DNA of 64,000 nt, taken from contig CAYMZK010000002.1 in NCBI GenBank assembly GCA_964394985.1, positions 22,349 to 86,348 on the forward strand, given 5' to 3'. A program made the translations under genes and the position numbers. Within the stretch, counting starts at the first letter, position 1; each line of letters begins with the position of its first letter. Under the pieces are notes generated by a model. The model did no database searches. It was given only the letters and a program-made list of their open reading frames with translations, and was not told where the DNA came from. The DNA comes from an uncultured Candidatus Saccharibacteria bacterium. Its GTDB lineage: Bacteria > Patescibacteriota > Minisyncoccia > Minisyncoccales > GWA2-38-27. Of this stretch, positions 29,387-39,144 are shown piece by piece.

Positions 29387-30537
29387 TATTTTTCTATTTC
29401 CTTTTTAATATATGCTAAAGTTTCTTTTACGCTGGGCGGGCATTTATCTAAATTTTTCATTCCTTTCTTTTTAGCAAAACATTTTGTGCAATTTCCAATA
29501 CATATAATTTTTTCGTTTTTCGGCAAATCTAATCCATCTGCCTTGCCAATTACTACATTTATTTTTTTATTCCCCAAAAAAATTTTTCTTATAATCTTTA
29601 AATGTTTAAGGGGGTGTTTTTTTATTAATTTCCCGGATTCATTAATTGCAGTTATACATCTTGAACAACCAGTGGTGGGCCATGCATATATATTTTTACC
29701 AAATTTTTCGAATCGTCTAGCCAAAGAAAAATTTTTTATTTTAAAACCTTTTACTGACTCAAGTAATTCTTTTGAGGGATAATTTCCAACTTTAATTTTA
29801 TTTGCGATAAAAATATGATTTATTCCCCTGAAATCTAAATTTATTAAATACGAGATTACAGAATCTAATTCCACCATATCATTTCCTGCGATTAATAAGT
29901 TTGTTTTTTTACTATTACCATGATGTGGGCCATTTCCCTCCATTGAAATTATCCCGTCAACTATATTTAAATCTGGTTTTATAGTTTTAGCTAAATGTGC
30001 AATCATTTCCTCTAAATCGTTCTTATGCATTTTTATTCTATCAGCCATAGAAACTAAACCCATTTGATTCTTTAAAGAAAATGTCACAGTGGTTTCCATG
30101 TGTGTTTTTAATTTTGCGAAGTTTATATGGCCATCAAATTCTTTAATTCTTTTGGGGATAAGAAAAGTGAAGTCCTCTATCTCAACTAGCTCTTTTTCTT
30201 CTTTATCTAGATTTACAAGCTCTACATTTTTCATTTTATAAAGAAAATCAAAACCACCTTTTTTAATTATATCACTAAAAGAGAAAATTTTATCTTGAGT
30301 TCCCAGTAAAGCACCGTGGCCAACAAAGACTTTGTCTGCTCCTAACTCTAACAAAGTTTCAATTAATATTTTTAATAATTCCGGGTCTGTATTCTCGCCA
30401 GAAATAACAGGAGGCCTTCCGGAAAAATTTGGTTTAATAAAAATCTTCCCGCTAGGAGAGAAATTTAAATCTTTAATTATTTTCTTAAAACTATTTTTAG
30501 CCTTATCTTTGTTGCTTTTTAAAACTAAAACTGACAT
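29386..30537 (-). CDS. DUF362-domain protein with a Cys-rich C-terminus
   Basis: 383 aa. The IFIKPNFSG...TDPELL pattern is typical of DUF362, and C-terminal Cys clusters are present. Confidence 0.6.
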   Translation of the reverse strand: MSVLVLKSNKDKAKNSFKKIIKDLNFSPSGKIFIKPNFSGRPPVISGENTDPELLKILIETLLELGADKVFVGHGALLGTQDKIFSFSDIIKKGGFDFLYKMKNVELVNLDKEEKELVEIEDFTFLIPKRIKEFDGHINFAKLKTHMETTVTFSLKNQMGLVSMADRIKMHKNDLEEMIAHLAKTIKPDLNIVDGIISMEGNGPHHGNSKKTNLLIAGNDMVELDSVISYLINLDFRGINHIFIANKIKVGNYPSKELLESVKGFKIKNFSLARRFEKFGKNIYAWPTTGCSRCITAINESGKLIKKHPLKHLKIIRKIFLGNKKINVVIGKADGLDLPKNEKIICIGNCTKCFAKKKGMKNLDKCPPSVKETLAYIKKEIEK

Positions 30538-30684
30538 TTAATTTTCTGCTTGATTTCTTTATTTCATTATACCTCAATATCAATTTAATTTAAATGAAAA
30601 ATGTTTAAAATAACTAATCGCATTGACCCCGAAATAAACCAGTGCTAATATAAAAATAGATTAAGTTAAATAAATTTAATTAAA

Positions 30685-31764
30685 ATGATAATTGAGGGAT
30701 CAGATAAAAATTATGAGATTTTTTTAGAAATGATTCAGTTTGAGATAACTGGAAGATGTAATATGCAATGCAAGCATTGCAGAGCATGGAAAGAACCGAA
30801 AAATGATATGACCTTAGAAATGATAAATAAGGTTTTAGATTTTGCTATTCCAGAAGCTGGAAAAGAAATTCGTTTTACAATATCTGGAGGTTAACCGTTG
30901 TTGCATCCAAATTTTTTTAAAATTCTTAATTTAATAAAAAACAAAGTAGATGCTGCCACTAACACAAAAATGGATCACACAGTCATAACTACTAATGGAT
31001 CTCTTGTTAATAAGGAGATAATCGAAGTTTTAGAAAAAATAAATTTGGGAGAACTATTTTTACAAGTAAGCATTGATAGTCCTAATAAAAAAGAACATGA
31101 CAGCTTTCGACAATCGCCCGGAGCATTTGAAAAAGCTATTAACGCTATTAAATTAACGGCTGATTCTAGCTTAACATTAATGATACGAACAACAATAATT
31201 CCAGATCAACTTTATAATATGGAAAATATGGTAAGGTTGGCTGATAATTATGGAGTGAAAAGAGTAAGCTTTGGACCTGTAATTCCTTCTGGAAAAGCTC
31301 AAGTTGATAAGTCTTTAATACTAGACAAAAAACAAAAAAAGAAATTTATAGAAAATATATTATCGTTAAAAGAAAAATATCCTGACATCAGTATTTCTAC
31401 CGAAGATCCGGTAAAATTTTCCATATGCTCAAAAGTATGGGATTACGGAGATTTTGACTACTCAAGAAATGATTTTATAGGAGGTTGTTCTGCAGGAATA
31501 ACAAATATTAATATTTTAGCTGACGGAACCATTACCCCTTGCTCGATGATGTTAAAACCAATAACAAATATTAAAGATAAAACCCCAAAAGAAATTTTAA
31601 AAAACTATACTTCTTCTAAAATTATTAAAAACTTGATTGAAAGAAACGTAAAGGGAAAATGTAAAACTTGTAACTTTAGCAGGTTGTGCGGAGGATGTCG
31701 AGCTACAGCACACGGGATTAGCGATGATTATTTAGCTGAAGATCCAACTTGCTGGAAGCAATAA
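30685..31764 (+). pseudogene. Radical SAM/SPASM-domain enzyme interrupted by an in-frame TAA at 30892-30894
   Basis: Contains CNMQCKHC (CxxxCxxC). The stop replaces the Glu of the GGEP motif (TISGG*PLLHP). The C-terminus reads CKTCNFSRLCGGCRATA. Both track ORFs are in the same frame. Confidence 0.8.
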
Positions 31765-31772
31765 TTCAATTT

Positions 31773-33575
31773 TTAGTTTCTGTATTTTTCTGATATTGCT
31801 TTTTTAATTTTTTTAATAAAAGAGCTTTTGTCTAAAATTTCGATTTTTGAACTTTCTCTTGAACGAATCGCTAAATCATTACTTTTCTTCTCTTTTTCCC
31901 CAATTACAATTATGTAGGGGATTTTTTCTTTTACCGATTTTCTGATTTTATTTCCAACGGTTTCAGGCAAATCGTCCACTTCTGACCTTAGGTCATTGTC
32001 TTTAAATTCCTCGGCGAGTTGATGGCAAAATTTGTTATAATTTTCGTTTACTGGAATTAGCTTAATTTGAATAGGGCACAACCAAACAGGAAAAGCGCCA
32101 ATATAATGTTCTATCAATAATGCTATAAAACGCTCAAAAGATCCAAATAAAGCCCTGTGGATCATATATGGAGATTCATTTTTTCCTTCATTATTAACAA
32201 ACTCCATATTGAACCTTTCCGGTAAATTAAAATCAAACTGCAAAGTGGAACATTGCCATTCTCTGCCCATTACATCCTTTATTTTAAAATCTAATTTAGG
32301 CCCATAAAAAGCCGCTTCTCCTTTTTCTTCTATGTAATTTAATTTTTTATCATTAGCTACTCTTTTAAGAACTTTTTCGGTAAAACCCCATCCCTTGTCA
32401 GAACCTGCATATTTTCCTTTTTCTTTGGAATTACGAAGCGAAAGATACACATTAATATCATCCAGATTAAATCCGAAAGACTTAAAAACAAAAAGAATAA
32501 AATCAATAATTTTTTTAAGCTCTTCTTCAACTTGATCTTTTCTGCATATGATATGAGCATCGTCTTGAGTAAATCCCCTTACTCTCGTTAAGCCGGATAA
32601 CTCCCCCTTCTTCTCAAAACGATAAACAGTCCCACATTCAGCCCATCTAATAGGAAGGTCTCTATATGATTTTGGACTATCTTTATAAATTTGAATATGA
32701 AATGGGCAATTCATTGGTTTTAATAGATACTCCTCTAAATTATTATTCCTCTTCTTGTTCTGAATATCTTTTAAAGATCGACTTATTTCCATAGATGGAA
32801 ACATACTATCACTATAAAAATCCCAATGGCCAGAATTTTCCCATAATGATCTATTGCCAATATGAGGACTGCGTACTAAACTGTATCCATTATTTAAATG
32901 CTCTTTATGCCAAAAATCCTCTATTATTTTCCATAATATCGCTCCCTTAGGATGCCACAACGGAAGTCCGAGACCTACTTTATCGTCAATATGAAATAAG
33001 TCTAGTTCTTTTCCTATTTTTCTGTGATCTCTTTGTAAAGATTCTTCTTTTTTTTCTAAATAATTATTTAAATCTTTCTTTTTTTCAAATGCTAATCCAT
33101 AAATTCTTGTAAGCATTTTTCTTTTTTCATCTCCTTGCCAATAAGCGCCAGCAGTTTTTTCAATTTTAAAAGTATCTTTATTAAGCTCGCCAGTAAATTT
33201 GAGATGAGATTCTTCGCATAAATTATCAACTTCATCTATTTTACAATAACTAACCTTCTTTTTGCCTTTCTGTTTCAACTCATTAATCATCTCTTGTCCA
33301 TAAATTGCATTTCTTTCTTTTTCTTTTTTAAGAGCATCGTCAATATTCATACTAATTTTCTGAATTTTGATATTTTGATTAATCAAATTTTTCATTTCTT
33401 TTTCTATTTTACCTAAATCGTTTCCACTGATTTTTATTTTCCCAAAATCAAAATCACAATAAAAACCATTTTCATTGGTAAAGTTAATTACAAATTTAAC
33501 ACTTGGCCAAATTTTTTTTACTGCTAAACCTAAAATATGTGCAAGGGAGCATCTAATAATATTATTTTTGTTCAT
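31773..33575 (-). CDS. thrS: Threonyl-tRNA synthetase (lacks the N-terminal TGS domain)
   Basis: 600 aa with an N2 editing-type domain (RCSLAHILG..., TAGAYWQGD), a class II core and an anticodon-binding domain. Confidence 0.9.
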   Translation of the reverse strand: MNKNNIIRCSLAHILGLAVKKIWPSVKFVINFTNENGFYCDFDFGKIKISGNDLGKIEKEMKNLINQNIKIQKISMNIDDALKKEKERNAIYGQEMINELKQKGKKKVSYCKIDEVDNLCEESHLKFTGELNKDTFKIEKTAGAYWQGDEKRKMLTRIYGLAFEKKKDLNNYLEKKEESLQRDHRKIGKELDLFHIDDKVGLGLPLWHPKGAILWKIIEDFWHKEHLNNGYSLVRSPHIGNRSLWENSGHWDFYSDSMFPSMEISRSLKDIQNKKRNNNLEEYLLKPMNCPFHIQIYKDSPKSYRDLPIRWAECGTVYRFEKKGELSGLTRVRGFTQDDAHIICRKDQVEEELKKIIDFILFVFKSFGFNLDDINVYLSLRNSKEKGKYAGSDKGWGFTEKVLKRVANDKKLNYIEEKGEAAFYGPKLDFKIKDVMGREWQCSTLQFDFNLPERFNMEFVNNEGKNESPYMIHRALFGSFERFIALLIEHYIGAFPVWLCPIQIKLIPVNENYNKFCHQLAEEFKDNDLRSEVDDLPETVGNKIRKSVKEKIPYIIVIGEKEKKSNDLAIRSRESSKIEILDKSSFIKKIKKAISEKYRN

Positions 33576-33589
33576 ATTATTTAATAATT

Positions 33590-33800
33590 TAAATTAAAAA
33601 AACTCGTTCTAATAATTTAATTTCTTAATTAAATTGCTAGAACGAGTTTTCTCGCGGTTCCATCTAGCTTCCCCAACAAAAGGGCACTTAATTTATTTGA
33701 GCTTAGCTTTAGAGCTATTCCTAAAGTTTTAAATCAAAAGACTTAAAATATGATTGGTGATCATATCAATCACTCAATTATTTTTACAAAGTTTATTATA
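33590..33800 (-). promoter_or_regulatory. T-box leader upstream of thrS
   Basis: Minus strand reads GCTAGATGGAACCGCGAGAAAACTCGTTCTAGC, a T-box/antiterminator with a UGGA bulge. It overlaps terminator ACTCGTTCTA...TAGAACGAGT plus T7 (33596-33647). Confidence 0.6.
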
Positions 33801-33803
33801 AAA

Positions 33804-33896
33804 CTATTTATGTCCACCAGAACAAGTAGAACAGGTGTGCTTTCCTATTTCTAGTCTTATAACAGGCTTCTCTTTTTTTGCTTTTTTAGACTTCAT
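33804..33896 (-). CDS. Candidate 30-aa peptide MKSKKAKKEKPVIRLEIGKHTCSTCSGGHK
   Basis: Small ORF found manually. It has a basic N-terminus and a C-terminal HxCxxCxxxH motif. The SD is weak. Confidence 0.25.
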   Translation of the reverse strand: MKSKKAKKEKPVIRLEIGKHTCSTCSGGHK

Positions 33897-33954
33897 AATA
33901 TTTAAAACCTTAAAAGAAAAATGACCTTTTTCTACTTTAAAGATTAGCAAATTG

Positions 33955-34055
33955 AAGATATTTGTCAAGTGATTGCTGACTGGGTTCAGTTAACTAACGC
34001 ATATTTCGGGCAAATATATGAAGATTCTATATATGAAGGTTGAACCTTCATACAT
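33955..34055. repeat. Composite junction repeat, module 1 only (copy a)
   Basis: CTGGGTTCAGTTAACTAACGCATATTTCGGGCAAATATATGAAGATTCTATATATGAAGGTTGAACCTTCATACAT. Confidence 0.85.
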
Positions 34056-34073
34056 ATACACTAATTTTTAATC

Positions 34074-34706
34074 TTATTTTTCGCCTAAATGCGCAAAATC
34101 ATTAAATGTCCATAGATCCCAGCGACCGTCTTTGTGTTTTTCGCACATAGTTATGCCTGTATTTGTTATTCTAAATAATTCATTGAATTTATAATAAATC
34201 TCAGGGTCAACATCTTTCCCCAAAAACATAATATTTAATATTGTCATTCTTATGGGACCTCCGTGGCTTACAATTAATATGCTTTCTTCTTTTAAATTAT
34301 TTAAATGTTTAAAGAACTTATTAATTCTATTTTTAAATTCTGTATAATTTTCTTCATTGGAATAATGCCACAAAGGATCTTTAGCGTTTTTTCTCATTGC
34401 TTCTTTTATCTTCATCAATTCATCAGAATAAGCATATTTTCCTATTGTTTCTTTGGGCATTTTTCTTTCACCGATTAATTCAGAGAATATAATTTTCTTC
34501 TTGATTTTTTTGTTTATAGTCTCTGCTGTCTTTTTAGCTCTAGGGTGGGGACTGGATATTATAATATCTATAGGAATATCAGAAAATCTCTCAGCTAAAA
34601 TTTGAGCTTGTTGCTTTCCTTTTTCAGAAAGCAAGACATTGCCGTCTTGAAACAAGCTCTTTGCGTTATATTCGCTTTCTCCGTGTCTAACAAAATATAC
34701 TTTCAT
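34074..34706 (-). CDS. Histidine phosphatase family protein (phosphoglycerate mutase-like)
   Basis: N-terminal VYFVRHGESEYN contains the RHG motif. SHGG is also present. Confidence 0.85.
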   Translation of the reverse strand: MKVYFVRHGESEYNAKSLFQDGNVLLSEKGKQQAQILAERFSDIPIDIIISSPHPRAKKTAETINKKIKKKIIFSELIGERKMPKETIGKYAYSDELMKIKEAMRKNAKDPLWHYSNEENYTEFKNRINKFFKHLNNLKEESILIVSHGGPIRMTILNIMFLGKDVDPEIYYKFNELFRITNTGITMCEKHKDGRWDLWTFNDFAHLGEK

Positions 34707-35290
34707 TGTTTTTTAATCTTTAAAAATGGGTTTTCTATATCAAAAGTTATTTCTTTAATTTCATTATTTATAATCTCTGGCGGCATATTATACTTTTTAC
34801 TATAAAGCAAACCTACTGCACAAAACCAAGCTTTAGAATAATCAAAACCTAATTTTTCAGAAACTACTTTTACTTCTTTTTCTGATTTGCCTTCTACTTC
34901 TACAAAAGGCTCTAAAAATGGCCATTCGTCTATACATATTTCTACATTATCTAAATTCCATAACTCTCTTTTGTTTTCTTGATAGGCCTTTCTTTCACAG
35001 CCAATTGTCTCTAAGAAATCTATTGCCTTATTAAAATCATTAACTATTAATTCTATTTCTTTTTGATCTTCTATTTTATTTCCCTTTATGGCTTTATAAG
35101 TCATTGTTATTTTATCACCCTCGTCTCTAATTCTCACCCAACTATGTTTGCATGGAGGATTAGGAAGATTAAAAACAACTCTTTTCTGTAAAAATTCGGG
35201 CTTTATTAATTTAGCTCCCATGTCTTTCAGTTTTTTTCTTATTTCATCTTTATCTATATTTAAAAATGTTGCTTCGTATTCTATTGCCAT
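34703..35290 (-). CDS. CYTH-like domain protein
   Basis: 195 aa. The N-terminal IEYEATFL resembles the ExExK-type CYTH start. ATGA-type overlap with the downstream gene. Confidence 0.5.
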   Translation of the reverse strand: MAIEYEATFLNIDKDEIRKKLKDMGAKLIKPEFLQKRVVFNLPNPPCKHSWVRIRDEGDKITMTYKAIKGNKIEDQKEIELIVNDFNKAIDFLETIGCERKAYQENKRELWNLDNVEICIDEWPFLEPFVEVEGKSEKEVKVVSEKLGFDYSKAWFCAVGLLYSKKYNMPPEIINNEIKEITFDIENPFLKIKKQ

Positions 35291-35301
35291 AAATTTAAGT
35301 T

Positions 35302-35382
35302 ATTTGTCATTAATTAATCCTAGCAAAATTATATCTTAGAAACAAGAAAAAATGTGCTTAACCAGGTTAAGCACATTTTATA
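35302..35382. repeat. 81-bp repeat carrying a palindromic hairpin, -10-like box, SD and ATG-ACA-AAT-AA (partner 41396-41476)
   Basis: Both copies share the same sequence, TATTTGTCATTAATTAATCCTAGCAAAATTATATCTTAGAAACAAGAAAAAATGTGCTTAACCAGGTTAAGCACATTTTATA. Confidence 0.9.
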
Positions 35383-35410
35383 CTGTTTTTCTTCTATCAA
35401 ATTAAATACT

Positions 35411-35626
35411 TTAAAATAATTGTTTAGTTATTTTTATCGCTTTGTCTAAAAAAACTTTAAAGTCTTTTTCTTTTTCATCCTCTTGTATATTTACTAAATC
35501 TAAATAATCCTTTGGAATATCTATTGGCCACTCATCTAATAATTCTTTTTGTTTATCATCTCCATAGATTCTTTTGTATAAGCTAGACCATTTCCAGTTT
35601 TCTGCCCTTTCTGACCTTTTCTGCAT
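35411..35626 (-). pseudogene. C-terminal fragment of a REP-associated/IS200-like Y1 transposase (RayT-like, COG1943-type)
   Basis: AENWKWSSLYKRIYG...LLDEWPIDIPKDYLDLVN matches the conserved C-terminal tail (W-x-WSS...WP...P..W...VN) of that family as I recall it. The catalytic N-terminal part is absent. Confidence 0.55.
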
Positions 35627-35664
35627 GTTTTTTAATAATTTGCTCCAACACTTTAACGCTTAAT

Positions 35665-36414
35665 TTATTTTGAGCATAAAATTACCATTCTTTTTGATTT
35701 TTTATTATATTTTTTGCCTTCTGTCGTATCTCCATAAACTTTAATAACATCATTAAAGCCTGCATTTTTTAGCATGTCCTTCATTTTATCCAACGAATAA
35801 AGTTTAGTTATGTATTGAGCGGAGTAATTCCCTCCTTTTTTATCTGTAATAGTTAAATTTACTATTTCTTGGCTATTTTTTTTATCAAAAACTCTTTTTT
35901 CTAAAACAGAGTAGTTTTTTGTTTTGTAGCAACGCTTTGAAAATGAATTTTTGAGTGCTAAGCTCTTATTTCTTATATCAAGCAAAAACTTTCCACCTTT
36001 TTTTAATGACCTTCTCGCCTCTTTTAAAGCTTTAAGGTTTTCTTCTTCTTTCTCAAAATAGCCAAAAGAAGTAAATATATTGATTACCGCATCAAATTGA
36101 TTTTTAAATGGAACTTTTCTCATGTCTCCTTCAATAATTCTTACATCTAAATTATTTTTCTTTGCCTCTTTTCTTAAAATATTAAGAGCTTTTCTGTTTA
36201 AATCAAAAGCTGTCATTTTATATCCAGCCGCAGCCAACGAAATAGTATGCCGCCCGTGCCCCGAACATAAATCCAAAATTTTAGATCCTTTTGGCAAATT
36301 TAAAACACGCTCAATAAAAGCGTTTTCTTTTTTAATATAATCTTTTTTAAATCTCGGATTTTCTTGATAAAGGTCAAGATACCATTTATCAAAAAACTCT
36401 TTATGCCATTTCAT
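35665..36414 (-). CDS. Class I SAM-dependent methyltransferase
   Basis: ILDLCSGHGRHTISLA...FDLN. The start was moved to MKWHKEFF. A hairpin terminator lies upstream at about 36436-36468. Confidence 0.8.
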   Translation of the reverse strand: MKWHKEFFDKWYLDLYQENPRFKKDYIKKENAFIERVLNLPKGSKILDLCSGHGRHTISLAAAGYKMTAFDLNRKALNILRKEAKKNNLDVRIIEGDMRKVPFKNQFDAVINIFTSFGYFEKEEENLKALKEARRSLKKGGKFLLDIRNKSLALKNSFSKRCYKTKNYSVLEKRVFDKKNSQEIVNLTITDKKGGNYSAQYITKLYSLDKMKDMLKNAGFNDVIKVYGDTTEGKKYNKKSKRMVILCSK

Positions 36415-36482
36415 AATAATTAAAATAAATGTGGCGCCTTGTTTTTTTGTAACAGGACGCCACGCTTTAAAAGAACAAAGAA

Positions 36483-37010
36483 CTAATCGTCCCACCAAAC
36501 TAAGTCGGTTTCTACTCCCAACATCGAATTCACCTCCTTTCTTATTATCTTAATACCTGAAACAACCTTACTAAAAGAACCTTTTGCCCTGTACAGCTCA
36601 TGAGTTCTGCTATCCCAACCATCGAGAGAAACTTTAATAATAATCTTTTCCGAAGAAAGGATTCTTAATTGTTTCTCTGTCATTTTGTTAAATAAAAGCC
36701 CGTTTGTTTGAAGACGCAAAGTATAACCGAACAACAAAGCTAATTCAATTATTTCAAAGATAGCTGAGCAAAGAAAAATCTCTCCACCAGTAAGTTGTAA
36801 ATATAGCTCTCTAACATCGGATTGCTTCTCCTTGAAAAAATCTAACACTCTTTTAACGTCATCTATCCTGATTTTATCTTGACCGAATTTTCTAGAGTCC
36901 CTAAAACAATATTTACAATAAGTATTACACCTATTTGTAAGATTAATTGTTAAACTGCTAAAAAACCTTTCAACCGGTAGGGGCTTTACTTTAATGCTTA
37001 ACCGTTCCAT
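36483..37010 (-). pseudogene. Truncated radical SAM enzyme (N-terminal half only)
   Basis: CNTYCKYC and GGEIFL are present. The ORF ends after 175 aa with no auxiliary-cluster region. Confidence 0.65.
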
Positions 37011-37089
37011 TGTTTCGCTTCCTTAATATTAGATGTATATTAGATGTAAATGTTCCAATAATGTTCTAAATTTATATTAAAGAAAATAA

Positions 37090-37266
37090 TAAATTTGTCA
37101 AATTTTTCACGGCTGAGTTCAGTTAACTAACGCATATTTCGGGCGAATATATGAAGATTCAATATATGAAGGTTGAACCTTCATATATAAAAAATGTGCT
37201 TAACCCGGTTAAGCACATTCTGGAATAACTTTTGTCAGCGACTAATCACTCCTGGCCCCATTTCCT
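37090..37266. repeat. Composite junction repeat, modules 1+2+3 (copy b)
   Basis: Aligns with copies at 38148-38324 and 46535-46797. Confidence 0.9.
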
Positions 37267-37276
37267 GTATTTCCCG

Positions 37277-37786
37277 CTAATGTTTTATATATAAATAGTA
37301 GGGAATTCCCTTGTTTTTCTCACTTGCCTTTAGCGGTTCTTCGTTTAAAAACGGCCAACAAGCTAGTATTATTCTTGTTTCTTTCTTCACCTCGCGATAT
37401 ATCTTTTCTTTTAATTCCTTATACATGTCAGGATGAAGAAAAGCATAAACTATATCAGCACCTGATAGATTATATTTAAATAAATTGCCATATTTAATTT
37501 TTACGTTACGATAAAATAGAGATCTAACTTTTGAATATAAATACAAAATTGGAGAAATTTCTATCCCCACACATTTTATTTTATATTTCCTTGATAAGTA
37601 AAATAATAAATCACCAGTCCCACTTCCTAAATCGTAAAGAACCATTCCTTCTCTCAAGCTTACTAAATTTTCAATTCGATTATAGTCTTTCTTTTTGGTT
37701 GGCAACCAAATTACTCCCCAAAAACCACCTAGAGAAAAGGAGAGAAGAGCTATAATTAGAATAAATAAAAAAACATTAACATTCAT
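37277..37786 (-). CDS. Small membrane-anchored class I SAM-dependent methyltransferase
   Basis: N-terminal TM helix followed by VLYDLGSGTGDLLFYLS...GIEISP. Confidence 0.7.
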   Translation of the reverse strand: MNVNVFLFILIIALLSFSLGGFWGVIWLPTKKKDYNRIENLVSLREGMVLYDLGSGTGDLLFYLSRKYKIKCVGIEISPILYLYSKVRSLFYRNVKIKYGNLFKYNLSGADIVYAFLHPDMYKELKEKIYREVKKETRIILACWPFLNEEPLKASEKNKGIPYYLYIKH

Positions 37787-37884
37787 TTTAAAAATTTAGA
37801 TATTAATTATTCAACGAACTAGACTTCATTATATTGTATTTTGTAGAATAATTAAGGCGAGAGGGATTTTCTCTCGCCTTTGTA

Positions 37885-38055
37885 CTACTTTGATTTAAGA
37901 TCCTTCCATGCATTATCTTTAGCCTCTTCATTAGTAAAACCGGCGCCCTTGCCTTTTTCTCCGGTTTTTGTATCCTCAACCTCAGAAGAATGAGTCGTTG
38001 GAGGAAGTAAAAGGTCTGCTATGGTTGTAGTGTCTTTTTCTTTATATCTTCCCAT
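37885..38055 (-). CDS. Hypothetical 56-aa protein (MGRYKEKDTTTIADLLLPPTTHSSEVEDTKTGEKGKGAGFTNEEAKDNAWKDLKSK)
   Basis: Found manually. A strong SD (GAGGTG) precedes it, and the terminator hairpin AAGGCGAGAG.../...CTCTCGCCTT follows at 37853-37880. Confidence 0.5.
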   Translation of the reverse strand: MGRYKEKDTTTIADLLLPPTTHSSEVEDTKTGEKGKGAGFTNEEAKDNAWKDLKSK

Positions 38056-38147
38056 TTTTTTCACCTCATTTCTTTCTTTACTAGAGATTTCATTTTTTAA
38101 CGTCGAGAACTATTCTCGACACTATCCTCATTTTATCAAATTCAAAC

Positions 38148-38324
38148 AACCTTATCAAATTTTTGTGTAGCTAAGTTCAGTTAACTAACGCATATTTCGG
38201 GCAAATATATGAAGATTCTATATATGAAGGTTGAACCTTCATACATGAAAAATGTGCTTAACCCGGTTAAGCACATTCTGGAATAACTTTTGTCAGCAAT
38301 TAATCGCTCTTGGCCCCTTTCCCC
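38148..38324. repeat. Composite junction repeat, modules 1+2+3 (copy c)
   Basis: Same architecture as copy b. It begins right after the stop of the HExxH gene. Confidence 0.9.
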
Positions 38325-38338
38325 AAATTCATTTCGGG

Positions 38339-39055
38339 CTATAGCGTTGCCTCCATTTCTTTTGTCATTTTATCTACCCATTCTTCGAGATTTGGATTTT
38401 CTTTCCATATTTTTTTACCACGTGCAATTAATTTTTTGTGATCTGGATAGCCAAGATTATCAATCTTACCATGTAGTTTAATAAAATCATCCGTATCCTG
38501 AATTACCGCATTAAAAACCTCGGCTAAGTCCCAGAATAATCCTTCTTCGGTGCTTAAATTTTTAAATTTATCTAAGAATTTCCTTTGAACGAAATCGTAG
38601 AAAATAAAGTGAAGCATTTCGTGAAAAATAGTAAAAAGTTGCATATTACGATTATCGTAAATAAAAATCTGGAACCCTCCCCAATCTAAAAAACGAGGAC
38701 AAAAATCAAAAATTGAGAAAACACCAGTAAATTCTTTTTTTGGCCAAGGATAATGATTAAAAATCTTATCAACTGTTTTAAAGAAATCTTCTTGGGTTTG
38801 GTCAAGATATTCCTGTGTTTTTTGATTAAGTTTTTTTAATTCAAGAGCGTGAGATTTATAATATTCTTTAATATATTTATTTAAAAAGCTCTTTGGGTTA
38901 TTAACTGATTCCATTTCTGAAAGATCTGTGTGATAAGGTAAGGCTCTTTCTTTCCAAAAATCACAACCACCAAATTCCGAGTTAGAATAAAATTCCCAAG
39001 CCAAATCTTGGTCTAATTTTTTATCAAATTTCAATTTTATAACTGGATTTAACAT
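38339..39055 (-). CDS. HExxH-motif protein (putative metallopeptidase), cassette 1
   Basis: 238 aa with HEMLH and GYPDHKKL. Paralog of 43493-44212. Confidence 0.7.
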   Translation of the reverse strand: MLNPVIKLKFDKKLDQDLAWEFYSNSEFGGCDFWKERALPYHTDLSEMESVNNPKSFLNKYIKEYYKSHALELKKLNQKTQEYLDQTQEDFFKTVDKIFNHYPWPKKEFTGVFSIFDFCPRFLDWGGFQIFIYDNRNMQLFTIFHEMLHFIFYDFVQRKFLDKFKNLSTEEGLFWDLAEVFNAVIQDTDDFIKLHGKIDNLGYPDHKKLIARGKKIWKENPNLEEWVDKMTKEMEATL

Positions 39056-39144
39056 ATTATTTTATATGAAAAAGCTCACTAGTATTATATCCTTTTTATA
39101 GAATAAATAATAGTGAGCTGGAGTTATTTTCAACATTTTTGCAC

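Noticed and set aside
31773-33575. Possible loss of ThrRS editing function (first His of the HxxxH motif is Cys: RCSLAH), compensated by the AlaX gene on the island
   Set aside because: The second His and the CxxxH pair (LCEESH) are retained, and Cys can also ligate zinc. There is no sequence basis for claiming inactivity.
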